From the NCBI GenBank assembly GCA_021325135.1, contig JAJPHT010000016.1, positions 22,449 to 86,448 on the forward strand: DNA of 64,000 nt. Direction: 5' to 3'. The DNA is from Pseudomonadota bacterium. Lineage in GTDB: Archaea; Thermoplasmatota; SW-10-69-26; JACQPN01; JAJPHT01. The notes under the pieces were generated by a model, which was given only the letters and a program-made list of their open reading frames with translations, did not search any database and was not told the DNA's origin. Within the stretch, counting starts at the first letter, position 1; every line of letters begins with the position of its first letter. A program made the translations under genes and the position numbers. Positions 1 through 9,638 of this stretch are shown piece after piece.

Positions 1-53
1 CGCAGCTAGGGTGAGGGGGAGGCTCTCCACCACTCGGCTTGGAGCAAGTTGCA

Positions 54-1883
54 ATGAATCGTACGGTCGTCATCAGCGCCTCGGTGGCGCTGCTCATGCT
101 TGTCCCCACGGGCCTGGCCACGTGGGCTTCCTACGGAGGCAGCGAGCCCAGCACGTCGTTCGACACGCCGTTCATGTGGCCCTCCGGCCCCGGCACCGCG
201 CAGAACCACGTCTACTTCAACGTGGTCGAGGTCCAGGGCGTCGCGGGCACCGCGTCCGTGAACTCCGCCACCCTCGGCGGCCGCACCCGCGGCGTCGGCG
301 AGACGGCCTTCAACGCCATCCTCGGCGTCTGGGTCGACTGCAACAAGGACGGCTACGTCGGCCTCGCCGACGGCGCGCTCCTGGAGTACCGCGCCGAGGT
401 CAGCGCCGCGGCCGGCTTCCCCGTGGACCTGGACCTCTGCCCCGTCGTCGCCGACACCGCGGCGAACGCGGGCCAGATCCACAACGACGGCACCTGGGTC
501 ACGGAGCTCATCGCCATCGGCCCCACCGACCAGGCCTCCATGGACAGCAACGGCAACTACCGCGTCATCGCCGACTCCGCGGCCCAGATCTGGGGCGACT
601 TCGGCGCGCCCGTGACGCCCGCCAGCGCCCCCGCGCCCAGCGACGACTGCGCGGACTCCACGGTCAACCCGCCCTTCGGCAAGGGCGACACCGGCCACAC
701 CGGCGGCATGCTCCAGCACATCGACTGCCTTGACGGCAACCTCCCCTGGCACACCTGGGACCTCATCGTCGCGCAGGACGACACCGGCACCCTCGCCGGC
801 GTCCCCTTCAAGAGCATCCGCGACGCGTACCAGAACGGCGGCCCCGCCGACATCAGCACGTTCGGCACGGACCAGAGCTGCAAGTCCGGCCCCAACGGCG
901 AGGACGGCGGCGCCCAGCCCTGCCAGTACGGCAGCAACAGCATCGTCTACGGCGAGACGGACTGCAGCTCGCAGCCCATCACCGTCACCGACCCCGCGAC
1001 CGGCACGCCCGCCGAGGGCACGCCCGCGGACCCCGGCGACATCGTCCTCGTCCAGTCCCCCGGCGTCCCCACCGTGAACCCCCAGGGCTCCATCGCGGCG
1101 ACCGCCAACGAGACCATCGAGGAGAACCCGCTCCTGGACGACTGCAACAGCAGCGACGACAGCGGCCACGACGTCTACGGCAACGGCATCACCGAGGCCG
1201 GCACCTCCGGCGGCACCAAGGTCGTCGGCAAGACCCAGGCGGAGATGGACTTCGGCTGGGGCGGCCTCGACTTCCGCTTCGGCTGCGACGACACCTCCTT
1301 CGACCCCAACGGCGACCCCCTGCCCACCCTGCCCGTCATCACCGTCCCCGGCTCGGGCGCGCAGACGTGCGGCATGCCCGAGAGCGGCGGCCTCGCCGAG
1401 CCCTGGCTCCTGCTCACCAACGGCATGTGGTGGTCCGGCACGAACTGGATCGGCACCGCGCCCAACGCGGGCAGCGTCCACGTCGACCGCAACACGCCCA
1501 GCGTGACGCCCGACCTCTTCCAGGCGGACTACACGACGTTCTACGCGCAGTTCGGCGTCTCGGGCCTCCAGACTCCCGGCGCCACCGCGCAGTACGGCGC
1601 CGAGTGGTGCACCGCGGGCATCGGCCGCAACGCGGGCATCCAGAACGGCTGGGACTGCGACCCCGCGGACTGGAACCTCGACCCGCAGTCGGGCGAGAAG
1701 CTCGCGGGCTGGGACAACCTCGGCAACGTGGGCGACGTCTACGGCCTGCGCGACACGGACTGCTACGACACGACCGTGATCGCCGGCAACGCCAACTACG
1801 AGGGCACCAGCCTCAACCCCACGGGCCAGGACATCGGCGGCCGCACCGTCGGCCCCGCCACCGAGCCCGGCCACGGCTGCTGA
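54..1883 (+). CDS. Secreted acidic 14-Cys protein, paralogue A (unknown family)
   Basis: ATG at 54. Signal peptide MNRTVVISASVALLMLVPTGLA. Strong GC3 bias. Full-length homology to 2066..3904 and 60061..61938. Confidence 0.9.
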   Translation: MNRTVVISASVALLMLVPTGLATWASYGGSEPSTSFDTPFMWPSGPGTAQNHVYFNVVEVQGVAGTASVNSATLGGRTRGVGETAFNAILGVWVDCNKDGYVGLADGALLEYRAEVSAAAGFPVDLDLCPVVADTAANAGQIHNDGTWVTELIAIGPTDQASMDSNGNYRVIADSAAQIWGDFGAPVTPASAPAPSDDCADSTVNPPFGKGDTGHTGGMLQHIDCLDGNLPWHTWDLIVAQDDTGTLAGVPFKSIRDAYQNGGPADISTFGTDQSCKSGPNGEDGGAQPCQYGSNSIVYGETDCSSQPITVTDPATGTPAEGTPADPGDIVLVQSPGVPTVNPQGSIAATANETIEENPLLDDCNSSDDSGHDVYGNGITEAGTSGGTKVVGKTQAEMDFGWGGLDFRFGCDDTSFDPNGDPLPTLPVITVPGSGAQTCGMPESGGLAEPWLLLTNGMWWSGTNWIGTAPNAGSVHVDRNTPSVTPDLFQADYTTFYAQFGVSGLQTPGATAQYGAEWCTAGIGRNAGIQNGWDCDPADWNLDPQSGEKLAGWDNLGNVGDVYGLRDTDCYDTTVIAGNANYEGTSLNPTGQDIGGRTVGPATEPGHGC

Positions 1884-1894
1884 GCCAAGCCCCC

Positions 1895-1935
1895 GCCCCC
1901 GGCGCGCGCCGGGGGCTCCCCTCTTTTTCTTCCTC
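1895..1935 (+). terminator. Putative terminator
   Basis: Perfect palindrome GCCCCCGGCGCGCGCCGGGGGC (1895-1916) followed by a pyrimidine/T tract, just after the paralogue A stop. Confidence 0.55.
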
Positions 1936-2065
1936 TTCCTGCTCCAGCGCGGGCGCCGCCGCGAGGCTGGCGCCTGGCAATTCTTATCGACTTCCCGGCG
2001 CATGCCCCTGCGGGGCTGGCCTGGAGCGAGGCTTGCGCGCCGACCCGCCCGTGGAGCTTGGAGCC

Positions 2066-3904
2066 ATGACCCGCCTTCTCAGCCTGGCCGCGCTGGCCCT
2101 CGCCGCGACGATGCTCGTCCCCCCGGGCGTCGCGACGTGGGCCTCCTACGGGAGCCTGGAGCCCGACAACAAGTACGACCTCGGAAGCTCGACCACGTGG
2201 CAGGACCCGCCGGGCCAGGCCACCAGCAGGGTCTACTTCAACGTCGTGAGCGGCGAGGCGGGGCTCTCCCTCCTCGCGAGCCCCAACAGCGCGACGCTGG
2301 GCGGCCGCGTCTACAACGTGGGCAACGGCGGCTTCGAGGCCATCCTCGGCGTGTGGGCCGACTGCAACCACGACGGCTACGTGGGCATGGCGGACGGCGC
2401 GCTGCGCGAGTACCGCGTGGAGGCGGCCGAGGCGCTGGGCCAGGCCATCGACGAGTCCATCTGCCCGCCCATGCCCGACGACGCCGCGGACGAAGGGCGC
2501 ATCCACAACGGCGGAGGGTGGATCACGGAGCTGCTCCCCATCTCCCCCGTGGACCTCCCGCCGGGCGACGCGGAGCACCGCTACCTCAACGCCTCCGCCA
2601 GCGTGGACGGGCGGCCGGGCACCGCCATCTGGGGCGACCGCATCGAGCCGCGCGCGCCCGACGCGCCTCCGGCGTTCGACGCGTGCAAGCAGAGCGCCAT
2701 CGCGCCCAGCCACCGCCAGGAGGAGCACACCGGCGGCCTGCTCCAGCACGCGGACTGCCTCGACGGGCGCGCGCCCGACGCGGCCCTCGCCCTCGCGCAG
2801 GCGCGCGACCCCACGGGCGCCACGCAGGCGCTCCCGCAGCCCAGCGCCCTCTGGGCCGACGGCGCGCCGCTGGACGTCGACGAGCCCGGCACGGACCAGG
2901 CCTGCAAGGGCGACCCCGCCAACCCGCCCCCGCAGCCCTGCCCGCAGGGAAACAACGCCATCGTGTACGGCGAGTTCGACTGCAGCGCCGCGCCCCTCGT
3001 GGACCAGACCGTGACCGTTCCCGACGCCACGGGCCTCGTGGGAGGTGATATCACGACGCGCGTCGTCGTCTACTCTCCCGGGACCCCGCAGGTCAACCCC
3101 GACGGCACTGCGCCCGCGACGGTGAACGAGACCATCGAGGAGAACGCGCTCCTGGACGACTGCGACGGCACCGACGACTTCGGGCACGACGTCTACCAGG
3201 GCACCGACGGCACGGACGCCGTGACGACGGCCGGCAAGAGCGCGCCCGAGCTGGAGTTCCGCTACGGCTTCAAGTCGCGCGAGGCGTGCACGGACCCCGA
3301 GGTCTCCGCGCCCGGCGGTGGCCCCTCGGCCTCGCTGCCCGTGGGCGCGGAGCGCTGCGGCGCGCCCGACGACCTGGGCGTCGTCCCCGGCTCGCACGCC
3401 CTCTCGTTCTTCGAGGTGACGGGCACCAACTTCGTCAGCGGCCAGCAGGAGGTGGGCAACGACGCGTGGGACGCGAACCACGTCTACGTGAACTCGGCGC
3501 CGCGCATCGGCGGCGCGAGCGTCGACGCCTCGGGCCAGACGAAGGCGAGCCTCGACCTCGCGCCGGCCGACTGGTACACCTTCTTCGCGCGCACGACGCT
3601 CTCGGGCGTCGCGTTCCCCGGCGCGGGGGGCCTCTACGGCGCGGAGTTCTGCGCCGCGGGCATCGGCCGCAACGCCCCCGCGACCAACGGGTGGGTGTGC
3701 GACCCCTCGCTCTGGAACCTGGACACCACCACGGGCCGGCAGGACCCGGGCCTCGCCCAGGTGGGCGATCCGTTCCAGCTGCGCGACGTGGACTGCTACG
3801 ACAGCAGCGTGGTCTCCCGCGAGTCGAGCCTCAACCCCACCGGCGAGGACCTGGGGCCGCGCAGCGCGGCGCCGCTCACCGACCCGGCGCACGGGTGCTG
3901 GTGA
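2066..3904 (+). CDS. Secreted acidic 14-Cys protein, paralogue B
   Basis: ATG at 2066 (MTRLLSLAALALAATMLVPPGVA|TWASYG). Shares the VYFNV, LGVWADCNxDGYVG, HTGGxLQH and LRDVDCYD motifs with paralogue A. Confidence 0.9.
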   Translation: MTRLLSLAALALAATMLVPPGVATWASYGSLEPDNKYDLGSSTTWQDPPGQATSRVYFNVVSGEAGLSLLASPNSATLGGRVYNVGNGGFEAILGVWADCNHDGYVGMADGALREYRVEAAEALGQAIDESICPPMPDDAADEGRIHNGGGWITELLPISPVDLPPGDAEHRYLNASASVDGRPGTAIWGDRIEPRAPDAPPAFDACKQSAIAPSHRQEEHTGGLLQHADCLDGRAPDAALALAQARDPTGATQALPQPSALWADGAPLDVDEPGTDQACKGDPANPPPQPCPQGNNAIVYGEFDCSAAPLVDQTVTVPDATGLVGGDITTRVVVYSPGTPQVNPDGTAPATVNETIEENALLDDCDGTDDFGHDVYQGTDGTDAVTTAGKSAPELEFRYGFKSREACTDPEVSAPGGGPSASLPVGAERCGAPDDLGVVPGSHALSFFEVTGTNFVSGQQEVGNDAWDANHVYVNSAPRIGGASVDASGQTKASLDLAPADWYTFFARTTLSGVAFPGAGGLYGAEFCAAGIGRNAPATNGWVCDPSLWNLDTTTGRQDPGLAQVGDPFQLRDVDCYDSSVVSRESSLNPTGEDLGPRSAAPLTDPAHGCW

Positions 3905-3907
3905 GGC

Positions 3908-4228
3908 TCAGAGCACGCGCTCGCGCAGCTTGCCCAGGCGGTCGCCCAGAAGGAAGAGCAGCTCGTGGCGGAAGGCCTCCACGTCGCGGACGGGGCGGCG
4001 CGCGAGCCGCTCGATGCGGCGCGAGAGGGCGGGGTCGCCCAGGATGCGCTCCACCCACGGCGCGTAGTCGATGCGGTGGTGCGCGACGAGGTGCCCGCTC
4101 TTGGCGCCCACCGCGTGGTGCAGGTCGCCCAGGTCGCGCGCCGACGTGCCGTCGGCGAAGCGGAACGCCTCGTCGCCCGCGCAGGGCGTGAGCGCGCGCC
4201 TGGCGACGGTCTGGAGGTTCTTCGCCAT
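3908..4228 (-). CDS. DUF5752-like small archaeal protein
   Basis: FRFADGTSARDLGDL...HH..DYAPWVERILGD resembles the DUF5752 repeat unit. Confidence 0.65.
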   Translation of the reverse strand: MAKNLQTVARRALTPCAGDEAFRFADGTSARDLGDLHHAVGAKSGHLVAHHRIDYAPWVERILGDPALSRRIERLARRPVRDVEAFRHELLFLLGDRLGKLRERVL

Positions 4229-4374
4229 GCGGGGGTCGGAGACGCCAGGAGGCTTGGCTTTGTCGGCAAGCAGCCCAGGGCCTCCATCGGAACGGTCCGC
4301 GGAACGTCCAGCGCGCGCGTTCGTGCGGCCGACGCTCCGGCGGCTTGAAATGCCCCCGGTGGCGTGCAGCGGCC

Positions 4375-5538
4375 ATGCCAGGCGAGCGCACGACCAGCGT
4401 CCACGGCCGCGAGGAGCCCCGCGCGGGCCCGCTGGTCACTCCCATCCACCAGACGAGCACCTTCGTCCTCGCCAGCGCGCAGGAGGTGGACGACGTCTAC
4501 GAGGGGCGCCGCCAGGGCGACGTCTACACGCGCTACTCCAACCCGTCCACCACCAGCGTGGAGTCGCGCCTCGCCGCGCTGGAGGGCACGCAGGACGCCG
4601 TCGTCTCGGGCTCGGGCATGGCGGCCATCGCGACGGGCGTCCTCGCCTTCGTCGGCGCGGGCGGGCGCATCGTCTCCACCTCCGACCTGTACGGGGGCAC
4701 GATCAACCTCTTCCGCACGCTGGAGTCGCGCTTCGGCATCCGCATCGACCACGTCTCGCCCACCGACGTGGACGCGCTGCGCGCGGCGCTGCGGACGAAG
4801 GCGGACCTCGTCTACCTGGAGACGCCCACGAACCCCACGCTGCGCCTCGTGGACCTGGCGCAGAGCGCGCAGATCGCGCGCGCCGCCGGCGCCGTCACGC
4901 TGGTGGACAGCACCTTCGCGAGCCCCGTGAACTCGCGGCCGCACGCCCTGGGCATCGACCTCGTGATGCACAGCGCGACGAAGTACCTGGGCGGGCACAG
5001 CGACATCAGCGCGGGCGCCGTCTGCGGCTCGCGCGAGCACGTCGCGCGCGTGCGCGGCCTGCACAAGCTCATGGGCGCCGTGCTGGACCCGCACGCGGCG
5101 TTCCTCCTGGAGCGCGGCCTGCGCACGCTGCCGCTGCGCGTCAAGGCCGCCAACGACAACGCGCAGGCGGTGGCCGAGCACCTCGCGCGCCACCCCGCGG
5201 TCAAGCGCGTGCACTACCCGGGCCTGCCCTCGCACCCGCAGCACGCCCTCGCGAAGCGCCAGATGCCGGGCGGCTACGGGGGCCTCCTCTCCTTCGACCT
5301 GGCGAGCTTCGACGACGCGAAGCGCTTCCTGGACGGCCTGCGCGTCGTGCGCAACGCGGCCAGCCTCGGCGGCGTCGAAAGCCTGTGCAGCCTGCCCCTC
5401 CAGCAGAGCCACCGCAACCAGCCCAAGGAGGTGCTGGACCGCGCCGGCATCGTGCCCGGCACCGTGCGCCTCGCGCTGGGCATCGAGGACGCGGCGGACC
5501 TCGTCGCGGACGTGGACCAGGCGCTCAAGGGGCTCTGA
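4375..5538 (+). CDS. Cys/Met metabolism PLP enzyme (cystathionine gamma-synthase/lyase or methionine gamma-lyase)
   Basis: Motifs PIHQTSTF, YTRYSNP, LETPTNP, HSATKYLGGHSD (PLP lysine) and SLGGVES. Confidence 0.92.
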   Translation: MPGERTTSVHGREEPRAGPLVTPIHQTSTFVLASAQEVDDVYEGRRQGDVYTRYSNPSTTSVESRLAALEGTQDAVVSGSGMAAIATGVLAFVGAGGRIVSTSDLYGGTINLFRTLESRFGIRIDHVSPTDVDALRAALRTKADLVYLETPTNPTLRLVDLAQSAQIARAAGAVTLVDSTFASPVNSRPHALGIDLVMHSATKYLGGHSDISAGAVCGSREHVARVRGLHKLMGAVLDPHAAFLLERGLRTLPLRVKAANDNAQAVAEHLARHPAVKRVHYPGLPSHPQHALAKRQMPGGYGGLLSFDLASFDDAKRFLDGLRVVRNAASLGGVESLCSLPLQQSHRNQPKEVLDRAGIVPGTVRLALGIEDAADLVADVDQALKGL

Positions 5539-5629
5539 CCCGGCGCCAGGGTGGACCGGTGTCCCCGCGGCGCTAACACGCAGGCCCGGGCCTCGAAAGC
5601 GATTTGGGGGAGGCGAAAGCTATCGAGGC

Positions 5630-6829
5630 ATCCCGCGGCTCACCTTCAGCGACCTCGCGCAATCCATCGAGCACAGCCGGCTGACGCGCTCCACGTTCGA
5701 CTACGTCTACGAGAGCCCCACGTCGGTCCAGGAGCGCGCGACGTACCTCGTCTTCGACAGCTCGGAGGCGGGGCTCAACGCGATCGCGCTCCCCGCGAGG
5801 CCCCTGGAGGGGGAGACCGACCGGAGCGCCGACGTCGACGGCAAGCCGGCGCCCACCGTGCCCTTCTCCATCGTGCAGCGGCTCGCCATGGGCTTCGCGA
5901 AGCGCGTCGGGCTGCGCGAGTCCGCGGTGCGGGCGCTGGGGAGGCTGCTGGAACGGGGCGCGGAGGGGCCGCTCGACCTGGAGGCCCAGGCGTCGGACCT
6001 CCAGGAGGTGAGGACCGGGATGGGGAAGCTCGACCAGGCCGACCTCGAGGTCCGGGGCCTCGTGCTCCTCGTCAACGCGGCCGGCGAAGGGCACTACGTC
6101 CCGTTCGTCTACCTGGGGAATCCCGTGGGCAAGGGGTTCCGCAACGTCGCGCTGGTCCGCCAGAGGCACCGCCCCATCCGGTGGAAAGGATATCTCCGCT
6201 CGTGGGCGGCGGGGCAGTATCGCGTCTCGCAGGACTTCTACCTCAGCCAGGGGCACGCGAGCCACCTCTACCTGCGTCCTCCGCCTGGGACGGCGCTGGG
6301 GCGCTGCGCGCTGCCGGGGCACTGGCCCAAGGACGCGGTGGACTCGAACCCCCACGGAAGCGTCTGGTCCGTCTACGTGAGGCAGAGCGCCAAGAGGGAG
6401 ATCGCCGCCGCGAAGGCCAAGGCCGGAGCCGAGCGGGGGAGCCCCGCGTGGAACGCGCAGGCGTCCTTCCTGCTCCCTCCGACGCCCCGCGTGCTGCTGG
6501 GATTCGTGTTCCTCCTCCTCTCGGTGGGATCGCTGTGGCTGGGCACGCGGGGGGACGCCGCGATCACCCAGAAGCTCCTCTCCCTGGACGCCCTCGCGGG
6601 CAGCATCACGCTCCCCATCCTGTGGGCGTACCGCGAGAACGACATCGCCATCCTCCACGTCGGGGGGCGCGCGATAGTCCTGGGCATCATCGCCGGCGTC
6701 TGGCTCGCCATCTCCTCCGAGGCGGGCGTCGCCCCCGTCGCGGCGGGGATCGCCATGGCGGTGGGGCTCGCCATGAGCGCGCTCGACTTCGCGCTCGCCC
6801 TGCAGGCAGCCCGCGAAAGCCATAAGTAG
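5630..6829 (+). CDS. Hypothetical membrane protein with C-terminal TM helices; start uncertain
   Basis: The frame of ORF 5858..6829 stays open and coding-like back to about 5630 with no ATG/GTG/TTG. About 4 TM segments at the C-terminus. Confidence 0.6.
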   Translation: MPRLTFSDLAQSIEHSRLTRSTFDYVYESPTSVQERATYLVFDSSEAGLNAIALPARPLEGETDRSADVDGKPAPTVPFSIVQRLAMGFAKRVGLRESAVRALGRLLERGAEGPLDLEAQASDLQEVRTGMGKLDQADLEVRGLVLLVNAAGEGHYVPFVYLGNPVGKGFRNVALVRQRHRPIRWKGYLRSWAAGQYRVSQDFYLSQGHASHLYLRPPPGTALGRCALPGHWPKDAVDSNPHGSVWSVYVRQSAKREIAAAKAKAGAERGSPAWNAQASFLLPPTPRVLLGFVFLLLSVGSLWLGTRGDAAITQKLLSLDALAGSITLPILWAYRENDIAILHVGGRAIVLGIIAGVWLAISSEAGVAPVAAGIAMAVGLAMSALDFALALQAARESHK

Positions 6830-6852
6830 CGAGAGGCCAGATTGTCGGCTAC

Positions 6853-6885
6853 ATAGGGGCGGCTCCGCGCTGCCCCTATTTTTTC
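6853..6885 (+). terminator. Hairpin plus T-tract terminator
   Basis: ATAGGGGCGGC...GCTGCCCCTAT followed by TTTTT. Confidence 0.6.
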
Positions 6886-6960
6886 TCACCCCGGGCCCCC
6901 AGCGAAGCCCTTGTCCGGAGAAGCCCTTAAGATGGAGGAGCGACGAGAACGCGGCCTGCC

Positions 6961-7503
6961 ATGATGCTGCCCAGCCACCTCCTGGCGAGCCTCCTCCTCG
7001 GGCTCGCGCTCTCGCAGTGGCGGCGGCTCACGCCCCGCGACTGGGCGCTGGCGCTGGGCTTCGGCGTGGCCATCGACGCGGACCACCTCCTGCAGCTTCG
7101 CTCGTACATCCTCTCCCACGGGGGGCTCAAGGGCATGCACGCGGCGACCATCGTCCACTGGGGCGCCTCGTGGCAGGGCTTCATGCACACGCCCCTGGCG
7201 CTCGTCCTCGTCGTGCCCGCGTGCCTCCTCTTCCGCACGCTGATCCCGGCGACGTTCTGGGGGCTCCACATGTTCCAGGACTTCGTCATCGCCCGGAGCT
7301 ACGTCGTGTTCGGGAGCGCCGAGGAATGGGCCATCGACGCGGCGATGCTGGCGCTCCTCATCGCGGGCTTCTGGCTTGACCGTCGTCGCCACGGCGCGCG
7401 GGAGCCGCTGCTCCACCACGTCGCGCGCCAGCTCGGCTGGACGCCAGGCGGGAAAGCCGCCACCGCTCCGCCGGAATCCTCGGGTCGGACGGACGCCCCG
7501 TGA
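6961..7503 (+). CDS. Membrane-bound metal-dependent hydrolase (YbcI/YdjM-like)
   Basis: SHLL, DADH, GFMHTP and HMFQD motifs between TM helices. CCTTAAG TATA-like box about 35 nt upstream. Confidence 0.7.
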   Translation: MMLPSHLLASLLLGLALSQWRRLTPRDWALALGFGVAIDADHLLQLRSYILSHGGLKGMHAATIVHWGASWQGFMHTPLALVLVVPACLLFRTLIPATFWGLHMFQDFVIARSYVVFGSAEEWAIDAAMLALLIAGFWLDRRRHGAREPLLHHVARQLGWTPGGKAATAPPESSGRTDAP

Positions 7504-7509
7504 GGCGGG

Positions 7510-8226
7510 TCAGCCCCGCGCGAAGCTCGCGCACGCGCCCCGCGGCGTGGCGGCGCAGCGCGCGGCGCGGGAGCGCGACCCGGGCGCGCCCTCCTCGCGG
7601 CCATCCGTGCTGGGCTCCGAGATCGACCCGAAGCCGTGCGCGCGCCCGTGGCGCGTGGCGGCCGCGGCGACGAGCGCGCCCACGGCGGCCCCCGCGAAGT
7701 CGCAGAGGATGTCCGTCATGGTGTCGAAGTTGCCGCCTTGCTCGTGCGTGCCGAAGAACGTGTCCGTCGTGAACTCGACGATCTCCCAGAACGTGCACAC
7801 GGTCACGGCCATGGAGAAGAGGTAGACGCCCGCCTCCGCGGGCGTGACGCGCGTCCACGCCCAGAGCCAGCCCGTGGACTGCGAGAGCGCATAGAAGACC
7901 AGCACCAGCGCCAGCGGGACCAGGGTGTGCAGCGCCTTGTCGTAGTCCGCGAACCGGGCGTAGAGGCCGAAGGCGTGCCCCGAGACGTGGAGGACGAACG
8001 CGAAGAGCACGGCAGCCTCGGCGGCGCGCAGCGTGCGCGGCCGGCGCGTGGGGATCAGCGTGAAGAGCGCGCTCACGCCAAGACCCAGGAGCGAGGAACC
8101 CACCAGCAGGGGGCGCGTCGTGTACTGCGGCTGGACCGTCATGGAGTACGCCGCGATGACCAGGAGCGCGCCGCGCAGCGCCCACACGGCGTGGCTCTCC
8201 AGGGGGCGGGGTCGGAGGGGGCGCAT
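7510..8226 (-). CDS. DUF2238/YjdF-like membrane protein
   Basis: Motifs YDKALH, FWEIVEF and DTMTDILCD in a multi-TM protein. ATG at 8226. Confidence 0.7.
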   Translation of the reverse strand: MRPLRPRPLESHAVWALRGALLVIAAYSMTVQPQYTTRPLLVGSSLLGLGVSALFTLIPTRRPRTLRAAEAAVLFAFVLHVSGHAFGLYARFADYDKALHTLVPLALVLVFYALSQSTGWLWAWTRVTPAEAGVYLFSMAVTVCTFWEIVEFTTDTFFGTHEQGGNFDTMTDILCDFAGAAVGALVAAAATRHGRAHGFGSISEPSTDGREEGAPGSRSRAARCAATPRGACASFARG

Positions 8227-8334
8227 GCGTTCGCCAGGACGGACTCGGCGTCCCACCTTATGGAGGCGCCACAATGTCCTCATGGGCGGGACCGAGGCAA
8301 CGAGCCGTCCAGAGCGGATGGATGCCCTCTGGGC

Positions 8335-9522
8335 TCACGTCTCGCCCTTGAGGATCCCCACCAGCTTCTCCTCCAGCACCCGAGCGGGGATATCGGGAAG
8401 CGAGATCAAAGTCGTCGTCCCGACGACGCCCTTGCCGCTGCGCTTGGTGTGGATGAAGCCCAGCGAGTCCAGGTCCTTCAAGAACGTCCAGAACTGCGTG
8501 TGCGCGCGGGCCTTCTCGCCGAACTCCTCGCACGCGAGGGCGTAGCGCTCCTCGGCCTCGCCGGTGGTGGCGAAGGCGGCGCCCTTCTTGAGGACGCGCG
8601 CGATGGCCAGGAGCGTGAGGGCCTTGTGCCGCTCCAGCTCCACGAGCTTGGTCTCTGTGACGAAGGGGTGGCTCTCGGCCGCCGCGGCGCGGATGTCCTC
8701 GGGCTCGACGTGGTCGCGGCTCGCGTCCTCCGCCAGCTGGCCCGACTTCTGGAGAAGCTCGATGGCGTAGCGCGCGTCGCCGTAGGGCGCGGCGGTGTCG
8801 GCGGCCAATTCCTCCAGGTCCTCGGGGAAGGCGTTCTTGTGGAACGCGAGGTCCACGCGCTGGTGGATGATGCCCTTCAGCTGCTCGGCGTCGTAGCGCT
8901 CCAGCGGGAGGACGCCCGTGCGCTTGAAGGTGGACTGCGCGGCCTCGTCCAGGAGCGTGCGCGCGTCCTGCTGCGAGACCATGATGAGGCTCACGCTGAA
9001 CTTCGCCTTGCCGCTCTCCTCGTTGAAGCGCGTGAGGTTGTAGATGAGGTCGCTCCCGCTCTTCTTGAGGAGGATGTCCACCTCGTCGAGGATGACGATG
9101 AGGTGCGCCTCGGCGCGCTCCAGACGCTTCTTGAGGATCTCCAGCATCTCGGCGTTGCTGAAGCCGCGGTCCGGGAAGCGCTCGTCGAAGTGCGTGAGGA
9201 TCTTCAGCAGCGCGGCGCCCTCGGTGCTGCGGCGGCGGCAGTTCACGTCGGTGTACTCGATGTTGACGCCCTGGCTGCGCGCGTGAGCCTTCAGGTCGCG
9301 GCAGAAGGCGCGGGAGAGCGCGGTCTTGCCGCTGCCCACGGGGCCCGTGACCAGGACGTGCTGGGCGGCGCCGCCCTGGAGCAGGGGGCGGAACTGGCGG
9401 GCGAGCTTGGCGATCTCCTCCTCGCGGCCCGGGAGCCGGTCGGGGACGTAGTCGTAGGAGAGCTTCCCGGCGTCCTTGAAGAGCGACGGGCCCTCCATCT
9501 CGCCCGCGATGATGTCGCGCAT
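8335..9522 (-). CDS. cdc6: Orc1/Cdc6 replication initiator
   Basis: YVPDRLPGRE, Walker A GPVGSGKT, Walker B ILDEVD, GDARYAIELL, C-terminal winged helix. Confidence 0.95.
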   Translation of the reverse strand: MRDIIAGEMEGPSLFKDAGKLSYDYVPDRLPGREEEIAKLARQFRPLLQGGAAQHVLVTGPVGSGKTALSRAFCRDLKAHARSQGVNIEYTDVNCRRRSTEGAALLKILTHFDERFPDRGFSNAEMLEILKKRLERAEAHLIVILDEVDILLKKSGSDLIYNLTRFNEESGKAKFSVSLIMVSQQDARTLLDEAAQSTFKRTGVLPLERYDAEQLKGIIHQRVDLAFHKNAFPEDLEELAADTAAPYGDARYAIELLQKSGQLAEDASRDHVEPEDIRAAAAESHPFVTETKLVELERHKALTLLAIARVLKKGAAFATTGEAEERYALACEEFGEKARAHTQFWTFLKDLDSLGFIHTKRSGKGVVGTTTLISLPDIPARVLEEKLVGILKGET

Positions 9523-9638
9523 ACCGCACCACGAACCCCCCGAACCGGAAGAACGTTTCGTAGTTTCGGAGCACGTGGATCGAAGGTGGAAGGCTCCCCC
9601 GATTCCCTCGGGGGAGCACTTTCAGGCTTCTGCGCGCC

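Noticed and set aside
9523-9638. Possible replication origin next to cdc6
   Set aside because: The intergenic region is short, with no repeated ORB boxes (TTCCAxxGGAAA...GGGG) and no AT-rich unwinding element. A weak ORB-like string at about 10871-10894 is single and overlaps a gene start.
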